Positions 36,165 to 49,900 of a stretch of DNA of 64,000 nucleotides are shown piece after piece. Location: contig CDROCS010001776.1 of NCBI GenBank assembly GCA_977020255.1, forward strand, positions 806,001 through 870,000. The letters run 5' to 3'. The position numbers were made by a program, and so were the translations under genes. The notes under the pieces are model-generated. The model did no database searches and was not told the DNA's origin. It was given only the letters and a program-made list of their open reading frames with translations. The stretch is from Obrimoposthia wandeli (lineage: Eukaryota). Numbering within the stretch: the first letter of the stretch is position 1; the number at the start of each line of letters is the position of its first letter.

Positions 36165-38287
36165 CAGTTCGTCGCTGTTTGGGGTGCATTTTGCACCCAG
36201 GCACATTTCAAGTGTTATAAACTCGAATTAATCAAACTTTGAGAATTTCTGCTTTATGACTTTTTAAGTTTGACCATTCTACACATCATATCGGAAAGTC
36301 AAACATTTTGTATACTATGAGGAAGCTCAGACATATTTTTATATGTACTGTCGTTTGGTGTGCATTTGCACCCCAAACAAATATAATGCATTCTTGTTTT
36401 TCAATGCAGAAATCTGACTCTTTAAATTTATTTTAGGTACTGAATATTACTATAGTACTCAACCAATCAATAAGCAATAGTTGATTCAACAAGAATGTAG
36501 ATAGGTATATATTGGCAACTCTCATGAGCATTCGAATTAGTTGCATTATTATTTTCAGATTGCATTCAATTATATTTCATTCTCTGCATTTGCAATATGT
36601 TGCGTCAACTACCACGGAGACTAGCTCGTAATGATGCCAACAGACTGTTGTTTGGCCAAGACATTGATGATGTGAGCATTCATTGGACTTCATTTTCTTG
36701 CAGACGCCCTAAAGGGACATCATCGAGTACTGGAGGAAATGTGGTCGGATCGTGATAGTCATGCTCTTTTTAGGGCCACCATGAGCTGCCAGCGCTTCAA
36801 ACAACTGAAGCAAGCATTACGCTTTGACGATCCCATAAGGAGGGATAGGGAGGATCCCCTGGCTCCCATTCGTACAATTGTGCAATATGTGAATGACAGT
36901 CTTGTCTATGCTTATTCGCCAGGCCCATTCATTACTGTTGATGAGCAACTGGTAGAATTCCATGGCAGAGTTCGTTTTAGACGTTATATACCTACAAAAC
37001 CAGGCAAATTTGGTATAGAAATCTACTGGTCCGTGGATGCAGACAACAGTTTCCCACTGCGGTGTTTAGTATACATTGGTGAGAAGACACTTTCGAGACA
37101 AGAGAAAGAAGACTCCCCATCAATTCCGGAAGCCGTCGTCTGGAACATTGCTCGTCCCTTGTTGAACGAAGGAAGGAACATCACAGGAGATAATTACTTC
37201 TCATCTCTTCACCTATGCCAGAGATTGTTGGAACGGCAGACTACATATGTCGGCACAATGCGACAGAATAAGCGAGAGAATCCACCATTAGCAAAGACAA
37301 CAACTGGACGACACATGGGTGATAGCATTCACTACTACACTGATGATGCCACTCTTTGCTCCTTTTGGGACAAGGGCAAAAACCCAGTTTTACTAATTTC
37401 AACCCAACATAAAGCCCAACAAAATCACCCTGATAGAAAACCAGAAATCGTAATATTCTATAACAGTACTATAACAGTATGGAAACCCTTAATAAATTGA
37501 ATAGGACATTCTCATCGAAGCGCAAGTGTCGCCGGTGGCCTTACTCGATCTTCTTTTCGTTAGCAGATAATGTGTGCTATGCTGCCCTGTTGTTATGGAA
37601 TTCGTCCGAGGTCAACAATGATTCACATTATGCATTCAAAAGAGAGCTGGCATATGAATTGTGTACACCACTGATTCGACAAAGATCCACTATCCCCAAC
37701 CTCCGTAAGACCATCAAAACGGCAATTGAACGTCTTGGTTTACAACCTCATATGGTGCCACTCCCTCGTCAACAAGCAGTTCGCACTCAGGGAAGGTGCT
37801 ACATGTGCCCGAGAGGTCCAGACCGCAAACAACGGAAAATGTGCTTCGAGTGTCATCAATTCATTTGTCCAATACATGGACAAACGCGTAATGTGTGCAA
37901 TAATTGCATTGTTTAGCTTTATAAACTTATACCTAACTGTAACTGAATAAACTATTAGACTCTCTGTGCCAGAGTACACTTCAAGTATATTATGTTCAAT
38001 TCATCATACTAATAAAGTCTCTGTAACTTTTTCTATTTTCTTAAAATACGTGTCCTATACCAATAAAGTAATGTTTTTCTATTTCTATAATGAATGGTTC
38101 TATAATAATTAGTTTAGCTTTTATGCTTTCTAAGAAACGTTGTGTAGGTAGTAGCTAATAGAGTACTTACTACCAGAACAGAACCTATTGCTTCTTTATT
38201 TGCAATGAATTCCAATGGAATAGGCTGGGGTGCAAAATGCACCCCAAACGTCGTTTACCTAGTAAAAAAGTGAACAGCGAAGAACTT
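36165..38287 (+). mobile_element. Near-full-length piggyBac transposon
   Basis: TTAA on both sides; TIR CAGTTCGTCGCTGTT / reverse complement AAGTTCTTCGCTGTT (13/15); subterminal palindromes GGGGTGCATTTTGCACCC at about 36181, 36358 and 38227. Confidence 0.95.
36597..37916 (+). pseudogene. piggyBac transposase (DDE_Tnp_1_7 plus C-terminal Cys-rich domain) with an N-terminal deletion and a frameshift
   Basis: AFIGLHFLA..LEEMWS, ATMSCQRF..LRFDD, ITVDEQLVEFHGR..YIPTKPGKFGI, ITGDNYFSS, YVGTMRQNKRE, IFYNST/METLNK, RRWP, RCYMCPRGPDRKQRKMCFECHQFICPIH..VCNNC. Confidence 0.95.
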
Positions 38288-39399
38288 TTAACAATTTTTT
38301 CACAACACTGGCTACCTTTTACAAAACATCGTCAACATCATCTCTAAAAGACTGAACAGTGTGGCTATTATATAACCAGACACAGTATACCACACTCTTT
38401 CTAACAAGCACTTAAAAGTACATAAATAATTAACTAGACCTAATTGGTCAAATTAAATTTAAATTCACTAATTGCTGATTAAGCAAATGTGTTTAATCAG
38501 CAATTAGTGGCAACTTACCCCTTCCATGATCAAACCTGATCATCAAACAAATAAATTATTGAGATACACAAAAATAACATATCCATACAATTCGACTCAA
38601 ACCAATTTTAACTCTGCCTACTTCTGCCTATTTATCTACGTACATAAAGTCTATATACAAAACCTGATAAGCAGCTATAAAATATAACTTAAGAATTGCA
38701 CAAATAATCTTTTTACCTTGACTCTATTATCACAACTTTAACCTTACCATCACTACCTGGCACCAAATTGATTACCCTCCCTAACGGCCATGTTCCTCTT
38801 TCATTTTTTGTGTTTAAAATTAAAACGATATCATTTATTTTCAAAGGATAATTCTCATCACTGCGCGGCCTTTTGAGGCATTACCTTTTTCATCCATCAA
38901 TTCTATATATGTTTGTTAAGCTTTTGAGTAGGCGGATGTGAATGTTTCAAGTCATAACCCCAGGACAAGTACAGGTTAAGTTGAGGTCATGACCTCACGA
39001 GGTCACAGCCTAGGACACCAATGATGTCATGTTCACATCATCACGTGATTAATCGGTGCTTCATGTCTTTAGTTCTTGAAAACAAAGAAAATAACTCATC
39101 GATGACTCATATTCTTTGTTATTTTATTTTTTGTAACATATTTTCAAAATTATATTAATTTTTATCTAAAAATTATATTGACATGCAATCTTTACGAACC
39201 CCTAAGTTACTAAGCCTTCAAGGATATTTTTATGCTCAAAGGTGGTAACGTACTATACATCATAGACATATTATTTAAAGAAAAGTTATTTAAATAAAAT
39301 AATGTATAATATAATTTTAATAACGACAATGTCTCTAGGTTTTTATATATTTTGTAAATTTTATTTAAATCGGATTTTTAAATAATATCCATTATTAAT

Positions 39400-42300
39400 T
39401 AAAAGAAAATTTGTTTTACTAAATCAATAAAATTAATTAATCCAGAAAGAGTATTTTATAAGCTAAATATTTTAGTTTCATTTCATTAACTAGAAATATG
39501 GAAAACAAGAGAATGGTAATAGAAGAACTTGTGAATAGCAAGCATTACTCTTTGGCAGATAAGTTCTATCTTGCAGAGGGTTTAGGGCTCCAGAAAGCTC
39601 TTTAGGTAGAATAGATTCCAGGCTTCATTGGTAGGTCGCCGAATGACTAATACTCTACCTAATTAGAACTTGCAATGAGACCTTCACACACACACATATG
39701 AGAACGACCCTAAAGTTCCCACTAGGACTACATATGAAAGGGATGGCAGAGGAATGGGGAAAAACTCTAACTTTTTGTTCAATTATTTTAATAAAACAAT
39801 AATTTAAAACGTTTTATACAAAATTATTTTTAAACTTAAGCAACTTACTTTTAAAATTTGTTAAAGTATAAACATTTAATTTTTATTTACTTACAAAAAT
39901 AAGTATTATATAATTTTCAAAATTTATTTCAAAATTATTATTTAATTATAAAAGTAAATATTATAAAAATTTCTAAATTTAAATAAAAATATTTAAATAC
40001 TTATAAATATGAGTATTGTATATTTATTAAATTTAAATTAGTAAATTTCATATTACTGTATTTTGTAAGTAGTAGCATCTTTCACTTAATATTATTTAAA
40101 AACATGTTAAAAGTGAATATCTTTTATACTTTGAAGGCAAGTAGGGGAGCTAGATGGCAGAGTTTAATGCGCTTGACTTAAGATTCAGTGGAGATATCCC
40201 ACTTCTGGCAAAAAAAAATTTTCTTATCAGAAACAAAAATAAAATTAAAACTATATATGTATTTCAAACGACAAACTTGATTATAATAAATGTTAATGAC
40301 TTTCAATTAATTCATATACAAAAATATCTTTAATATGAGCAAAACACTCTTTTATAATCTTAAACATTATGTATGATGGGTTGTTTGCGTTTTTCACTTC
40401 TATATATTGTGTTATGATTCTTATGTTAAAAGAGAAATCATTCAACTTTTAATTGAGAAAACAAATTTATAATTCATTAACACAAAATAATATTAAAAAT
40501 GTACTTTAATTGAAGTCAAAAAATATAATATACTCGATATTAAACAAAGTTCATCTTGTGTAAATTAATTAAAACTAATTTTCTTACAACTAATGTATAA
40601 ATTTTCAATTTATTGTAAACGACAGTAAACTATCAATTACTTTTTATGTAATAGAATTTTACAGTAATAACTTACAACATATTAAACTAAATGTTTACAA
40701 GTAATTTTCAAATGTCTTTTAAACTAAAACAAAATTAAATAACACGAAAGAATTTTAATATTTGAAAGATTAAACTTAATAGTGACTTATATTTGAGATT
40801 TATATTATATGCAGTCGGTGCGATACAGCTACTAACTTTGTAATTAAAATATTTTTATAGTTTAAAGAAAAAAGAATTTGATAAAAACTACAATAATGTG
40901 GTAAAGAAATATTGTTTAATATATCAAATGATTTTTTATAGAAATAGATTGAATATTCATATTATATTAATAAGACAATGGTAAAAATATCAAGTAATTT
41001 AAATATGTATTTTTTGTGAAGATTATTTTTATATTAATTAACGTCCTCAGTTATACTTACAGTCATACTCTATAACTCTAATTCATTTACACATTCAATA
41101 TAACTAACTTTTCTTTACTTACTCTTGTTATCACTTAGTATCATTTTAAACCATACTCTCTAACTCTTATTAACTCTTATTCAATTGAGACTCTTAATTT
41201 TATAAAATAAATGTTAAAAAAATATTTAGAAAGTTGAATAATATATTGAGGTATAAAAATGATAATCTAATATGTGTGAACAATTTGTTTTATTTGCATA
41301 TTAAACAATCTGATTAAAGATTTGGTATTATAATTTATTGATAAAGCGTTAAGCTAAATTTGTATATATATATAAATATATTTTCGAATATTATAAAAAG
41401 AAACGAATAATGATAATTTTGAAATTATATTTATGAATATATTTTTATAACCATGTTTTTTTTAAATAAAGAATTTAAATTTATATAACTATTTTAAAAT
41501 ATTTCATTTAAGGAATGTTATCAAACGAGTTAAGAAATTTTAATTATTTAATTGCGTGAGTGTGTATGACCTGTTAACTTTAGAGTAAGTATATAGAAGT
41601 AAAATATGTGAAAATAAAATGTGAAATTTCACATCTTAATTATTATAATTTGCATCAGGTTGTTACATTATCTTCATTGATTAATAGTATTAATTTAATG
41701 ATTAACTAGTACATACTTGCAGTTTTTTCTTACTTGTATTCGCATACACTTGCATTCATTTAAATTCATTTTAACTCTCATTTATTCAAACTAGCAGTAA
41801 AAATTCATTAATACTCTTACTAATTTTCATTCATACTTGTACTTGACATTCGTATATGCAATCGTATTCTTTCTTACTTGTACTTGTAGCTGCATTCATC
41901 CATACTTAAAATTGAATTCATTGTTAATTGTACTTGCATACATTGTTAATTGTACTTGATTTTATTTACATTTACACTTGTATTAAATCATACAATCGAT
42001 AATTAATTTTATTTGTTATCACAAGAGATTTTTAATATTTTAGAAAGTCGAATAATAAATAAAAATAGTACTATGTTGATAATCGAATATGTACATAAAT
42101 TGATTTATTTACTTATAAAACAATATACCTAAAGATTTGGTATTCTAATTTGTAAACAAAACTTTCAGTAACTTTGAATAGCATGTGTTTGCAAATTAAT
42201 TTTCAATATTCGATTCAAATAAAAAATATGTATAAAATTTATTTTTGCAGTTTTAAAAATAAAATGTTTTAAAGATATTTTTGAATATATAAAGTGGAAA

Positions 42301-43559
42301 TTGGATAATATTAATATTCAAATTATTTAAATAAAGCCATAAATAAAATTCAAATTTATCAGATTAAAAAAATTCAATTAAGGAATGTTACCAATGAGAA
42401 AAAGAATTTTTAATAATTTATGTGAAATACGTGAATAAATTTTTGATCATTGTAGCATATGAAAATAAAAATATGTGAAAAAAAGCTTAAAATTTCACAT
42501 CTTAATTAATATAATTGTAAATAGATTATTAATGTTGTTCATTGATTAATAGCATTAATTTGATAAATACAAATTAATAATAACAATTTTTTAATATTTT
42601 CATCATTATTTTTAAGCATAAATTACAAGTATAATATAAATAAATTTTAGAGTTAAAATGAATAAGTTTGTGTTTGAATATCCATTTGTTTAAATACTTC
42701 AAAAGTGATTATATTTTTGCAATTACCAGTATTTTAATTTTTTCACCAGGATCCTTTAATTTTCTTAAACAAATTTGTTTAATTACATTAATAAAAAATT
42801 TGCGTAAATTTAAATATTTATTTTTAAAAACATATAAGTAAACTACTTTGATAATATTTAACATTTTTCCTTAATATTTATATTAAATAATGTTACTTTA
42901 ATATTTTATTTTAAAAAATCCCTTAAATTAAAATTTAACAAAAACAAACAAAATAATTTGGCTCAAATTTAAATATATTTTTAAATTACAAGTATTTTTT
43001 ACCAGGACCCCTAACTCATGCATGAACATAAGGGTATGGTTGAACTCAATTTCGATAGAAAAATACAACTATGTAATAAAATTATCAAGTTTGTTCAAAA
43101 TCTGACCCTTAACTTGTGGACGACCATAAAATATTTACATGATTAAACGGACAATCACAACCATGTAATCACATCTTTGAAATTTCATCTTTTATCCCTT
43201 CATTTATGGTCAACCATACCTTTATGGATGAATTTGCCTTCTATAAATGATTCCAACTATGTACTAAATTCTTGATTTTGTCTTTAGCCTGACATTTCAT
43301 TTATGGACGACCACAACTCTTTAGGTGTGTTGGTGAACTATAGACGGTCACAACCATACCCTCAAGCCTTCAAGTCATAACTGAGGCCAACCCTTTAATA
43401 TATGGACAACCGCAACCCCTTTGGTATATTGGCCTATCATACCTTAAAACGACATAACCTTTCTGACTGACCCTTATGGTGTTACACCCTTAACCATTAT
43501 GTGCGCACACAGGACCCCCTCCCCCCAAAAGGGGTCTAGACTTCATTAAAGTACCTACT
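39400..43559 (-). mobile_element. Inverted, non-coding Polinton arm related to 16377-22900, ending in a TIR
   Basis: 43000-43559 is the reverse complement of 16377-16975 (ends GGTCTAGACTTCATTAAAGTACCTACT). About 39800-42100 is the diverged reverse complement of about 20095-22900 (e.g. 41101-41345 vs 21295-21545). About 42125-42570 is a diverged direct repeat of about 41310-41710. No polymerase segment is present. Confidence 0.88.
40149..40210 (+). pseudogene. tRNA-Leu(TAA)-derived pseudogene lacking the T-arm, followed by an A-run
   Basis: GCTAGATGGCAGAGTTTAATGCGCTTGAC-TTAAGA-TTCAGTGGAGATAT...CCCACTTCTGGCA follows the eukaryotic tRNA-Leu(UAA) pattern (GATGGCCGAGTGGTTAAGGCG..GACTTAAGATCCA...CCCACTCCTGG); the GTTCGA T-loop is missing. 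Confidence 0.7.
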
Positions 43560-43960
43560 ATTACATATTCACTAGCGCTAGTCAATAATGGATACGATCA
43601 ATGAAATACGTTCCGAGTAGTTTTCTCTGTATCGGTAAAATTCTGAGCAGGCATACCGTTTGTTCTGGTTATACCACTTACTTTTTCCCTATTCAGATTT
43701 TAATTAAATTTATTTATTCATATGGATCTTAACATTATCACAATTCAAAATTATCTTGGAAAGATTGTAGACTTTTTATACCTACATTGTGAAAGAGGTC
43801 TCAAATTCAAATTATTTACAAAATAATGTGATGAATATTTTATAATTTAAAAAAATATATTTGCATTTTAATATAAAATTCAATATTATAATGGATGTGA
43901 CTTCGGGGATAAAAAGTCAATCTCAGATCTGAGTAGTAAAAGGGAGAGATGACGATGAAT

Positions 43961-46900
43961 TCACATTATTGGTCTGATCAAAGAAGTCAATTGATCGATG
44001 ACGGATGTTAGAAGGTGGTTCTGGTTTGTGCTGAGAGAGTGGAGGGATTCCTGCGAGACTATTGTTACAATTTCAGTAGCGGCTTGTTGCAATTTCGACA
44101 ACAAATCCTCCAGAGGGTCAGAACGCAGTCTTTTTGGATCAGGAGACCAATCTTTTAAAACGATGTTGCTTGACTGAGCCTGGATAAAATGTATAATCCG
44201 ATAATAACAAAATTTTACCAAAGTTTGTTATATTTTAGGTTGTCTTATACATATTCGATACAAACAAATTTTGCTGGAACTGTTTAGCAATGTTTTTATG
44301 AGTACAGCAATTTTATTTACTTTATTAGATTGATCAAAAAAGTAAAAAATAATTCATTTGTCAAAATATTTATTTTGGTTCATTCTTGTGCATCTTTTAA
44401 ATAATATGCCATAACTTTTGAATCATAATTTAGTCGACATACAACCAATAATATGCCAAACGTTGGACAATCAAATAAAGGTAAAGTCAGGCTGTATGTG
44501 AAGGAATCTCCAGAAGAGTTGAGTGAATCTCCAAACGAGGAATTAAGGTGTTTGGAAGCCGTAAATGCTGATGGCTTAGCTAAAGATTTGAGAGATATAA
44601 TTTAATTAATTAAAAAATAGAAAACACTTCGTATACTCAAGATCTTTATGAATTTGAGAATGATTTGTGAAAAACAAAACAGTACATATTAAAAAGAATG
44701 AATAAGACAACAATTAAAATATTTGAACATTAAAATCGAAACCCATCGGCCGAAATTTACAAATTATAGAAAACCCATTCTACATCATGTGCTTTCTCGA
44801 TTAAATGAATTGTTAAGAAATTATCGGGGTTTTTCCCCTGGAAATGTAAATTATTAAATGTGTATGCATATTTTTGATTTTTAATAAATAAAACTTTTTA
44901 AGTCTAAAGTATACAAAATTAAAGTTCACTTTTCTGTGTTTTTTAGGTTTAAAAAATTGCCCTGATTTTAAGCGTAAATATTTAATAGAAACCTTAAAAT
45001 GACTGAAAGCAATCGAAAACGTATTTTGACGCATCTTAAATGCAAACACGCTCCTGAAGAAACAACCACAGCTACTCACAAATCGAAGCCGGAAATGCTG
45101 AGCGAGAGTAACTAATTCATCGTAATTTGTCCCAGAGTCAGCGGAAGAAAATGACTGTACCAGCTCCGAAAAAATGAGGGCAATTGAAGCCACCTCTCCA
45201 CCAGAAACTGAGCTTACTGAGAGACCAGCAGCTTCCAGGCGATCCATCAGTAGCAGACATAGCATCTGAATCATACAAACACACTCAATGATAATAAATC
45301 AAAACTATTGTAATGATAATTTAATTGGTCCCCTATATCTGACATAAAATAAATAAAATCCCACTTTGGCGTTGACGCAAGTATTGGCTATAAAATCATA
45401 AAGAATATTAATGAAGATTTTGCGATTAGTCTGTGGATAAAATTAATTTCTTTACCAAACACTATTGTAAAAATATTGGCTTTAGGTGTTTTGCTAGGTT
45501 CAAGGAGAAATATGATGAAACTTCTATGGTAGAAAGAATGAGAAATGTTATCTGCACAAAATTTTAGAGGTGCTTGCTCTTAATTACTAAAATAAATTGT
45601 TTTTTCATTTATAAAAAATTTCTGATTAAAATTATAAAATATTTAAACATTTAGATTCAAACAAAATAATTTTCGCTATCATATCTTAAATCTAAATTTA
45701 ACTTTTTAATATTTTCAATCGACACCATCAAAGAGAATTTATTTTTGTAAAATCCACTTTCGAATTTATATTGCAAATTTTTTCGTAACCATCAAATATT
45801 ATTCACGGATTAAATTAATGAATTACTTAGGTTCAATTTGCGGTCTCACCAAAAAATGAAATTGAAAATTCTTGTTTATACAATTATAAAACCAGATTCT
45901 TAAAATTGCCGAATATGTAAAAGAAAGCTTCATTGCAGAAACTGAATTCCATTTACAAACTCGATGCTCTGGTTTGGAAATTGACTTCCGATCGTACACT
46001 TTCTTTCAAATTTGAGAACTCTCTTAAGGTTAAATAAACAGGAAAACAACTTGACATTACGATAAGATATACTGATTTTGTACAGATTTCCAAATATGCA
46101 GGCTTATTTCATTCCCCTATAATTACTGTTTTGGCCGAATTTTTATATGATGTTCCGTCTTGCGGGATATTTCAAATAATGTCTAATTGGAATGTTCGTA
46201 AAATAGCCAGGGCATATTATTTACTAAAAATGTTAATACATATAATTAATTTTAACTACTTTTTGGAATATTTTCTCACTGGGAGATAAAATTTCATTAC
46301 GCCACACATTTCAATCCATGTTTAGTCTTGAATGCCTCATGTCTGTTCCATGAGCGTTCATATGATTGAGTAGCTGAAGCACTTTCGATTTGAAATATAT
46401 AAACCATGTTGCGCAAATTCATTTATTTAATGATAAAAATATTCGGATTTCCTACTATTACTCTAATGAGGTAATGCTTATCTCACTCGTATCATTACAC
46501 TAACTCGGAGCTCGGCCTCTTTTTCGTTGTATAAAGTACTAGTAACCTTAATATTTCTCATTCCATCTGTTCACTATAAGGAAGTCGACCGAATGACACT
46601 CACAGTCCGCATCATCACAGCATTGTCCACAGCAACACTGGCTCGAAGCTGCGTCACAAATGATTCCAGGGTCTGAGATAAACATAAACCACAAGCTCGT
46701 AAATCGTCGTCGTCATGCCGATCCCACGAGTTGAAGCACCATGTAACGATCGAGTTTTTCTGACTTAGAAGCAGCTTTGTCTAAGGGGAGTTATAAAGGT
46801 AGAGTTAATATATTTTTAAAATATTGTAAATTTACTTATTTGTTTTTGCTCTCCATATTCAATATTTTAAAATATATTTACTTACTTATTTATTGGTTTT

Positions 46901-49900
46901 TTAAGATATTTTCTGTAATTTGTAACAAATATAAGCCCATTTTTAAAAAATTAAATAATTAGGTATAAATTTAATAATTTATATATCCCAAAATGTTTTT
47001 CGAAAGCTAATATTTTTAAAATGTTCCACACAATCGGTTTTGGAAAAAAATGAAAAGTTGTGATTTCCAGTTCAAATAACTTGCCTTGTAAGAGAAAATA
47101 TGGAAGAGAGTAATTAGGTTGTGGGAATATTATAAAATGTAAAAATCTTGGCTTGGATATTGAAAGAATATGAAGGTACACAAATTTTACAATGTGAAAT
47201 CGACTAACCCTGTCAGCTTGGGGTAGCATTTTGAGAAACCTTGTTCTGAGGTGACCGTATCTAAGGACGTTGGCGACAGAGTGACTGTTACAATGCTGTG
47301 ACTCGATAAATCGGTTGATAAGAGTGAACAAAAAGGCACAGTAGTCGATCACGAACGACATCGGTCCATATCTGACGACATTTAATTTTACCTTTTTTAA
47401 AATATATTTGTGAAAATAATTATCAACAATAAAAACATTTACTCTCAAAAGTTACGCTATTTAGCATAAGAAACAAAACTAAACTCATTCTTGAATTCAT
47501 GTTGGATACGTTTTTCCTACTGCAGTGATTTTTGACGAGATTTGGTTGTAGTAGAGTGTATTTTTACATTGAGAATATATCCCATTCAACGTCTTGGTTT
47601 AAGAGCAACAGGTACACCCTGGATTTGAGGCTGGACCCCATCAATACAAAATTTATACTCTAAACAAATATAGTAAAAAATCACCACGAAGTAGAAAATC
47701 TTCTAAAATATAGCACAGATTAGTCATTAGTTTATTTTTGAAGTATTCTACAATTAAATCGATAAACGTCTAATCCGTAGAGAGAAAAAATTACCTGGCA
47801 ATGAAGACCAATACATCAGACACGAAGATCCAAGAATGCATAGATTTCTCGGTCAACAAACACAGCCACAGCTGACTCTCCTGGAATAATAACCACGAGA
47901 TGGAGTTCAGAAAATCAGAAAATAATTAGATCGTTATCAAACTGACAAAAGATTGTATTTATTAGAACCAGATGACCTCAGAAGTACACAGGCTGATTTT
48001 CCCCTCCAGGTTATATAATTGTTTAAGTAAAAAAGAAGTTGAAAAATAAAATAACATATGGAATAGGGTTTCCAATGTCGATGAGTCTATGTAAAACCGC
48101 TTTAGAGGTTCTGACATCAATACTGGAACTGATGATATCAGAATTTTCGGTAATCAGAGAAAAATATCAATATTAGCTACTAAAAGAAAACCAATGTAAA
48201 AAAAGCATTTTATTTTATTCTATCAGTATATTTCAGTACAGAAATACCGCTCCATTATATAGTGTAAAATCTTACATTGAAACATTTAAACGATTTTCAA
48301 CCACATCTCAATCAAAACAACATCGGCTACATTAAGATGGAAACGCGAGATTAACAATGTGTTCGAGAACTTTGTAAACAGTAACACTCAAGTTATTTTA
48401 GAGTTCGTAAACTTTCTCTTTGATACGTGCAATCATCGACAACGAGCGGAATATCGAAAATATTTTAGATGACTGTAGTGTGTTACATAGCCACAACGAT
48501 ATTGAAAATTAATACATCACATCTTATACAGTCTCATGTTGAAGACATCGATGCCATGATATGGAGAAAGATGATATTGTACTTTATTTAACTACCTTTT
48601 GATTATCATTGATTTAATTTTAGAAAACTGCATGAAATGGCATTATCGGGCACACAATAGAATATCGAATTTTGCCACTGTTTAGTACTGTGGAAGTGTT
48701 GAGTCCTATACGTGCAATGCAAGATAAGCAGGGTGGAAGTTATGAGGATCCTCCTGCTGCAAGATATGAGCGGACAAGGTCTATTCTTGATTAAAAGAGA
48801 TTCTGTCGCCTTAATGAGCGTGGTGATCAGACTGAGATGTCAATAATTCAGTGGAAAATGACTTGCTGCTATCTGTTATTCATCAATATATTTTCTTTGT
48901 CTTGACTCATGGGACACAATGTATAATTTAAACATCGCCATTGTTGATTGTTGGGGTGTAGTTGGATATTGGCACTAAAAATCATCTACATATTTGAATA
49001 TTACATATGTTTTAAAAAAAGAAGCAAACTCAGTGGAATCAACTTACTCCCCCTGTACATATATAAAATGCATTTAAATTAGATACAAGAATTTTAAATT
49101 TCAATAACGATATTTATTATTAAAGAAAAAAATAAAATAAAAATACTTCATATAAGCTATCGGGAATTAGTAAAATCAATCATATATTTTCGATATGATG
49201 GCTCCCTTTATCCATAACTGATTCTAAACAAAGAGCAACGCTTTCAATTAAATGTATGATCCCTGCGTAGAAAATTCGATGATTAAAGTCACATAAATCT
49301 GTTTTATTAAAAAATATTTAAACATTTATTGAATTTCAAAATTTAGCATTTTTTATTATACAAAATCGAATTATTTTAAGAATACGGTGTAGTTTGGTAC
49401 TGTTAAACATACTGGAAGATCAGCAATACTTACTAAAAGAAACAAATCGCTAATAGTGAAGTCCAATTTCGTTGATTAAAACAGAGTATAAAGCAGCTGT
49501 TTCCAAGATTTTTGGAAGGTGCCCCAATAAAAAAGGAAAACTTTCGCGCGCCCCTTTAAAAAATTAGTAACACAATTATATTTATTAATTCAAAAGCTTT
49601 TTTAATAAACAAATTTAAAACGTAAAAAGGTTTAAGATTTACTTTTTTAAAATTTCTAACTTAAGAAATAGCTTTGTAAAATTATTGAAGATTTCTCTTT
49701 CATGGTAATGATCAATAGTTTTAATTGAAGTATCGAAATATTTTTTTAATGCATTCTTTTTGAAAAAATCAGTCGTCTCTCCTGGGGGTCACGCACCACA
49801 CTTTGGAAACCTCTGGTTTTGAGGGTCATTGCACAATGCTGCTTGTCAATGTTTCTTAGTTTGTTAAAACCACATCCCATATGACTGTAAAGTGAATGTA

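Noticed and set aside
38927-39060. Third Polinton terminus (AGTAGG followed by palindromes GAGGTCATGACCTC and ATCACGTGAT)
   Set aside because: No similarity to the 43559 TIR beyond 6 bp, and no TSD match.
16377-43559. Single intact Polinton carrying DTD1 as cargo
   Set aside because: No 6-bp TSD, diverged arms, and DTD1 has an ordinary multi-intron host structure; reported only as a composite-like arrangement.
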